A stretch of DNA of 64,000 nucleotides from Elusimicrobiota bacterium (GTDB lineage: Bacteria > Elusimicrobiota > Elusimicrobia > UBA1565), in assembly GCA_016196755.1 (NCBI GenBank), contig JACPXC010000010.1, positions 7,802 to 71,801 of the forward strand. The letters are read 5' to 3'. Both the position numbers and the translations under genes were made by a program. The notes below the pieces were generated by a model, which was not told the origin of the DNA, searched no databases, and saw only the letters and a program-made list of their open reading frames with translations. Shown here piece after piece: positions 59,411-64,000 of the stretch. How positions within the stretch are numbered: the stretch's first letter is position 1; the number at the start of each line of letters is the position of its first letter.

Positions 59411-62400
59411 GGGCCCTGGCCCTGCTGCTGGCCTTCGCCGCTCCGGCCGGCGCGGTCATGAGGGGCCCCCACGCCGATACCGACGCCCGCCGTTTCGGCC
59501 TTGACCAGCCCCAGACCGCGCCCGCCGTCGCCGCTCCCGCGCGACTCAACGGCGAAATCGACGCATTCAACCGCTCGCACCGCGGACGCTGGAACATGCG
59601 CTTCGGCCTGCAGGGCGTCGGCCCGCAGGGGACGACCGAGGCCCGCCTCACCGCCAAGGAGGCCGGCGAGCTCTTCCTGCGCGAGCGCGGCCTCTCCCTG
59701 GGCCTGCGGCCCGAGCAGTTGCGCCTCGCGATGGCCCGCACCCAAGGCGGCATGCACCACCTCCTTTTCGAGCAGATCGTCGACGGCGTCCCGGTGGAGC
59801 TATCCTCCGTCAAGGTGCACCTTGACGAGAGCGGCGCCGTCATCGGGCTCAACTCGTCGTTTAAGCGCAACGTGCGCGGTTCTCCGGTGCCCGTCCTGGG
59901 CGTCGCGCAGGCCGCGGCCAGCGTCGCCGCCGACCTGGGCGCCGCGCCCCCGGCCGAGGGCCGTCTGGTCTGGTTCCCGCCGCCCGCCGGCGGGAGCCCC
60001 GCGCTGGCCTGGAAGTTCCGGTCCGAGGCGGGGGGGAGCTGGGTCTATTATATCGACGCCCGCGACGGCCGTGTCCTCCTGCGCTACAACGACTTGCGCT
60101 TTCAAGCCTGCGTGACCTCGGGCACCATCCGCGCCATGGTCCACGACATCGACCCCAACCGCCAGACCGTCCAAGGCGTAGCCGAGTCGCGCCCGATCAA
60201 GAACCAGCGGGTGTTCATCGGAGACGCCAACAACTCCGTGCTGACCGACGCGAACGGCCAGTTCTGCTCGGCGGTCAACGGAAAGATCTTCACCCAGCTC
60301 CAGGGGCCCTTCGTCTCGATCTCCAATTGGAACGGCGCGGCCGCCCACTACGACAACGGCGGCGGCGTCTGGACGACGTTCTCCACGCCCCTGCAGTCCG
60401 ACCACCCCTACGCCGCCAACGCCACGGTCATCTCGACGATCAACGCCCCGGCCGGCGCGGTGAAGGTCATGCCGGTCTTTGCCGCCATGGACGTCGGATC
60501 CTTCGACCTGGCCGACGGCGACCTGGTCATCACCGACAACGACCAACTGGCTATCCTGGACTCGGCGGGCAACTCGGTGGCCACCTATATCGGGAACCGG
60601 ACCGGCCTGCGCGGGGCCGCGGTACCCGGCAACCAACTCCGCCTGCGCCTTAAGACCAACGCGACGGGGGCCCGCAACGGCTTCTCGATCTCGGTGTCGA
60701 GCTACCTGACCCTCACCAACAACCCCTTCCTCGCCAACAACCAGACCGCCACCTTCACCTGGAACACCACCCAGACCCTGGACGGCACGCTCGACGAGCC
60801 CAACCTCTTCTACCAGCTCAACCTCATGCACGACTACTTCCGCAACGGCCCCAACGCCGGCGGCGAGGCGCCGATCGACAAGGTCGTGCCGGTCATGGCC
60901 CGCGCCGGTCCCAACCTCGCCAACGCCTTCTACGACCCGCTCCACCAGAACCTGACGATCGGCGACGTCGCGTCCGGCTTCGCGCTCGACGCCACGGTCG
61001 TGCGCCACGAGTACACCCATTTCGTCGTCGACCAGATCTATCCGGTCATCAACTTCGGCCAGCACGGGGCGATCAGCGAGGCGCTGGCCGACTACTTCTC
61101 GGCCAGCTCGCTGAACCTGTCCACCATCGGGAGCTTCACGGGAGCGCAGTTCGGCCACGGCTCCCTGCGCGAGCTCGACTGTCCGACCAAGGCCGCCTGC
61201 ACGCTCTTCCCGACCAATTGGACCGGCGTCATCCACGAGGACTCGCGGATGATCAGCCAGACGCTCTGGAGCATCCGCGGCGACCTTATGGCCCTGCCGG
61301 TGCCGGGGGCCGTCAACGGCAAGGCCTGCGCCGACGGCCTGGTCTTCGGGGCCATGTTCTTCTATCCCGACAGCTTCGCGGACTTCGAGCTGGCGATGAA
61401 GACCATGGCCGAGCGCGCGGCCGCCGCGGTGCCGGCCTGCGGCGGGGCGGTCGACGCGGGCCTCATCGAGAACCGCTTCTCCAACCACGGCATCAACATC
61501 GCGGCGGGAGACCAGGACGTCTACGAGCCCAACGACGGTATCGCCTCGGCCACCGACATCACGACCGCCGCGGTCGTCAACGGGCGGATATTCCCGAACG
61601 CCGACCAGGACTTCTACGCCCTCGGCGCCGCGGCCGGCCCGATGGCGATCACGCTTTCGCTGCCCGAGGTCGCCGGCCTCCCCGGCGTCTATACGGTCTA
61701 CGCGATGACCCTGATAGACCGCACCTTCAACGTCGTGGCCACCAAGCAGCCGCCCATCGACATCAACCCGACCCTGAGCGGGAACTGCCCGGACTCCGAC
61801 TGTCAGACCTCGGCCGGTCAGCTCGTCCTCAACTACGACAACCCGTCCGCCAACCAGTTCTACCTCCTGGTCTCCGCGGCGCCGGGGGACGAGGGCGCTA
61901 TCACCAACACCAACTCGACCCGCTTCTACTCCCTCTCGGCCGTCTACCCGCGCGTGGGCCCCGCGGCCGCGGGGATCGTCAGCGCCCAGTTCGACCGCGA
62001 CACCATCGACTTCTCGGTCTCGGTCTCGACCTTCGTCACCGGCCAGGCCTACCAGTTCACCCACGCGCGCCTGCGCGACCACACCCAGGCTCCCCTGAGC
62101 GGCACCGAGACCAATTCCGTGGCCCCCTTCCTGACCCTGATCTCCTCGACGAGCACGCAGGGCCGGATCACCGGCCGGGTACGGCTGGCCCCGGGGTTCA
62201 CGGCCCGCTATCCGTCGGCCGGCACCGTCCACCTCGAGATCTTCGCGGTGACCCCTCTAGGCCACAGCCAGTCGATGGGCTTCTCGAACGCCATCGCCCT
62301 GACCGCCTCGGGGACCAGCCTCACGGCCTTCAACAACCTCTTCAATCCGGCGCGCGGGGAGAAGGCCACGATCAAATGGGAGACCCAAGCCTCCGGACGG

Positions 62401-62595
62401 ATCCTCCTGCGCCTGTTCACCGTCGCCGGCCAGCACGTGCTGACCCTGCTCGACGAGGAGCGCCCGGCCGGCAAGGGCGCAATCGACTGGCCCGGGGTCA
62501 ACAGCATCGGCCAGCGCGTGGCCAGCGGCGTCTACATCCTGCACATCGACGCCCCCGACCTCGACGAGACCAAGAAGATCGTGGTGGTCAAATAG
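59407..62595 (+). CDS. Secreted thermolysin/fungalysin-like (M4/M36) metalloprotease with FTP-PepSY propeptide, CUB-like insert, PPC-like domain and FlgD-Ig/T9SS-like CTD
   Basis: FEQIVDGVPV (FTP), YYIDARDG (PepSY), NAFYD, HEYTH, ISEALADYF, IHEDS, DVYEPND, SGVYILHI...KKIVVVK. Confidence 0.82.
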   Translation: MRALALLLAFAAPAGAVMRGPHADTDARRFGLDQPQTAPAVAAPARLNGEIDAFNRSHRGRWNMRFGLQGVGPQGTTEARLTAKEAGELFLRERGLSLGLRPEQLRLAMARTQGGMHHLLFEQIVDGVPVELSSVKVHLDESGAVIGLNSSFKRNVRGSPVPVLGVAQAAASVAADLGAAPPAEGRLVWFPPPAGGSPALAWKFRSEAGGSWVYYIDARDGRVLLRYNDLRFQACVTSGTIRAMVHDIDPNRQTVQGVAESRPIKNQRVFIGDANNSVLTDANGQFCSAVNGKIFTQLQGPFVSISNWNGAAAHYDNGGGVWTTFSTPLQSDHPYAANATVISTINAPAGAVKVMPVFAAMDVGSFDLADGDLVITDNDQLAILDSAGNSVATYIGNRTGLRGAAVPGNQLRLRLKTNATGARNGFSISVSSYLTLTNNPFLANNQTATFTWNTTQTLDGTLDEPNLFYQLNLMHDYFRNGPNAGGEAPIDKVVPVMARAGPNLANAFYDPLHQNLTIGDVASGFALDATVVRHEYTHFVVDQIYPVINFGQHGAISEALADYFSASSLNLSTIGSFTGAQFGHGSLRELDCPTKAACTLFPTNWTGVIHEDSRMISQTLWSIRGDLMALPVPGAVNGKACADGLVFGAMFFYPDSFADFELAMKTMAERAAAAVPACGGAVDAGLIENRFSNHGINIAAGDQDVYEPNDGIASATDITTAAVVNGRIFPNADQDFYALGAAAGPMAITLSLPEVAGLPGVYTVYAMTLIDRTFNVVATKQPPIDINPTLSGNCPDSDCQTSAGQLVLNYDNPSANQFYLLVSAAPGDEGAITNTNSTRFYSLSAVYPRVGPAAAGIVSAQFDRDTIDFSVSVSTFVTGQAYQFTHARLRDHTQAPLSGTETNSVAPFLTLISSTSTQGRITGRVRLAPGFTARYPSAGTVHLEIFAVTPLGHSQSMGFSNAIALTASGTSLTAFNNLFNPARGEKATIKWETQASGRILLRLFTVAGQHVLTLLDEERPAGKGAIDWPGVNSIGQRVASGVYILHIDAPDLDETKKIVVVK

Positions 62596-63765
62596 ATGCG
62601 CCGCGCGGCCCCCGTCCTGGCCTTCATCCTCCTCGCCGGCGTCCCGGCACGGGGGGAGAACGTCGGCACCACGGCGGCCCCGGTCCTGCAGATCCCGATG
62701 GGCGCGCGCGCCTCGGGCATGGGGACGGCCTTCACCGGCCTGGCTTCGGACATCAACGCCCTCTATTACAACCCGGCGGGACTCAGCGTCATGCCTTGGC
62801 GCGAGGCCGCGTTCATGTTCCTCAAGGGCATCGACGACCAGTCGATCCAGCACTTCGCGCTGGGCGGCCCGATCCCCTTCTCCGGCCTCATCGGCGAGGG
62901 CTACACCTCGATGGGCGGCAGCATCCTGATAGCCTCCCACGGCGACATCGAGATCAACCGCCTCAACCCCGACGGGACGCTGGGCTCGAGCGAGTCGCGC
63001 GAGGCGGGCTCGGACCTCGTGGCCACGCTGGGCTACTCCGAGCGCGTGGCGACCTTCGAGGTCCCTATCCGCCGGGACACGATCCGCCTCGAGCACACCA
63101 TGGGTGTCAACGGGAAGTACATCCGTTCGACCCTGGCCGAGAGCTATCGCGCCACGGCCTTCGCGGGGGACCTCGGCTACCTCATCCGCGCGCCGGACCA
63201 GGGCTTCGGCATCGGGGCGGCCATCCTCAACATGGGCCCAAAGATGACTTTCATCGAGGAGGGCGACCCCCTGCCTCTTACCTACCGCGCCGGGGTCTCC
63301 TGGCGCCCGAGGCTGCCGGAGACGATGACCCTCCCGGCCCGCCAGGAGCTCACGCTGGTCGGCGACGCCGTCTACCTGGCGCGCGAGCGGGCCTGGCGTG
63401 GGATGGTCGGCGCGGAATGGGCGGCGCTGCGCCAGTTCGCGGTCCGCCTCGGCTACCGCCTCAACGACGAGGTGGCCGGCTTCACGGTCGGCTTCGGCGC
63501 GGGCATCTCGTCCTTGAGCGTCGATTACGCCTGGAACATGACCGACGCCCTCTCCAACACCCACCGCTTCGCGTTCACCTGGCGCTTCGGCCGGGTCCCC
63601 GACCGCGACCGCGAGAAGCGCCGCAAGCCCTTCATCGAGAGCATGCCGGAGCGCGAGGACCTCAAGGGCATCGAGGAGAAAAAGCCCGACCTCATCGACC
63701 AGCCCCAGCGGCCGCGCCGCGAGGTCCCCGAGAATCGGCGCGGCGCGCCGGGCTGGATCTACTAG
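62596..63765 (+). CDS. PorV/PorQ-family (FadL-like) outer-membrane beta-barrel
   Basis: Signal peptide; GARASGMGTAFTGLASDINALYYNPAGL plug motif; alternating beta-strands, N.GP, PLP..YR.G, VDYAW. Confidence 0.8.
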   Translation: MRRAAPVLAFILLAGVPARGENVGTTAAPVLQIPMGARASGMGTAFTGLASDINALYYNPAGLSVMPWREAAFMFLKGIDDQSIQHFALGGPIPFSGLIGEGYTSMGGSILIASHGDIEINRLNPDGTLGSSESREAGSDLVATLGYSERVATFEVPIRRDTIRLEHTMGVNGKYIRSTLAESYRATAFAGDLGYLIRAPDQGFGIGAAILNMGPKMTFIEEGDPLPLTYRAGVSWRPRLPETMTLPARQELTLVGDAVYLARERAWRGMVGAEWAALRQFAVRLGYRLNDEVAGFTVGFGAGISSLSVDYAWNMTDALSNTHRFAFTWRFGRVPDRDREKRRKPFIESMPEREDLKGIEEKKPDLIDQPQRPRREVPENRRGAPGWIY

Positions 63766-63805
63766 CGCGTAAATAGCCCGGTCCGGTTGTTGTAGAATCG
63801 CCCGA

Positions 63806-64000
63806 ATGAAGCCCCGCCGTTGGGCGTTGCCGGCCGCCGCGTGCTACGCGATGCTGGTCGCCCTGACCTGGACCTTCGAAGGCCACGCCGCCCAGAAGCT
63901 CCAGCCGCGCGGCATGGACGGGTTCGGCGAGCTGCGCCAGCCGGCACGGCGTCCCGGCCCACCCTCCTCCTCCGGCTCCAAGGTGCCCTTCTCGAGCATC
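63806..64000 (+). CDS. Partial CDS with signal peptide (runs off the window)
   Basis: Open frame MKPRRWALPAAACYAMLVALTW... to the window end; TAGAAT (63793-63798) lies 7 nt before the ATG. Confidence 0.55.
   Translation, partial: MKPRRWALPAAACYAMLVALTWTFEGHAAQKLQPRGMDGFGELRQPARRPGPPSSSGSKVPFSSI

Overview
This is a very GC-rich, densely coding window from a diderm bacterium. Gene content and order suggest Elusimicrobiota, but that is an inference and was not checked by search. It begins with a type IV pilus operon (fused PilM-PilN, PilO, a PilP-like gene, the PilQ secretin, and a pilin). Next come uvrA-nadB and a five-gene coupled operon (gamma-carbonic-anhydrase, degenerate kinase, response regulator, endonuclease III-like, TPR). 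A trehalose cluster follows (treS, otsB, and an otsA fused to a membrane sensor/HAMP module), then a long LPS/Kdo/Lpt cluster. The right part holds secDF-yajC-tgt-[Fic island]-queA-spoIID-ruvBAC-yebC, ygfZ, an SDR, tRNA-Arg(UCG), and a HEAT-repeat / secreted metalloprotease (T9SS-like CTD) / PorV-like barrel operon. The most unexpected structure is a 511-bp non-coding element (6216-6726). It has perfect 31-bp terminal inverted repeats and nested internal symmetry that would fold into a rod with a four-way junction. A perfect 36-bp-stem hairpin with related ends sits behind the tRNA (58133-58210). Two otherwise unrelated proteins share an N-terminal leader region and promoter architecture, and many genes appear to be leaderless. 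All functional calls come from visual motif recognition; no database searches were run.
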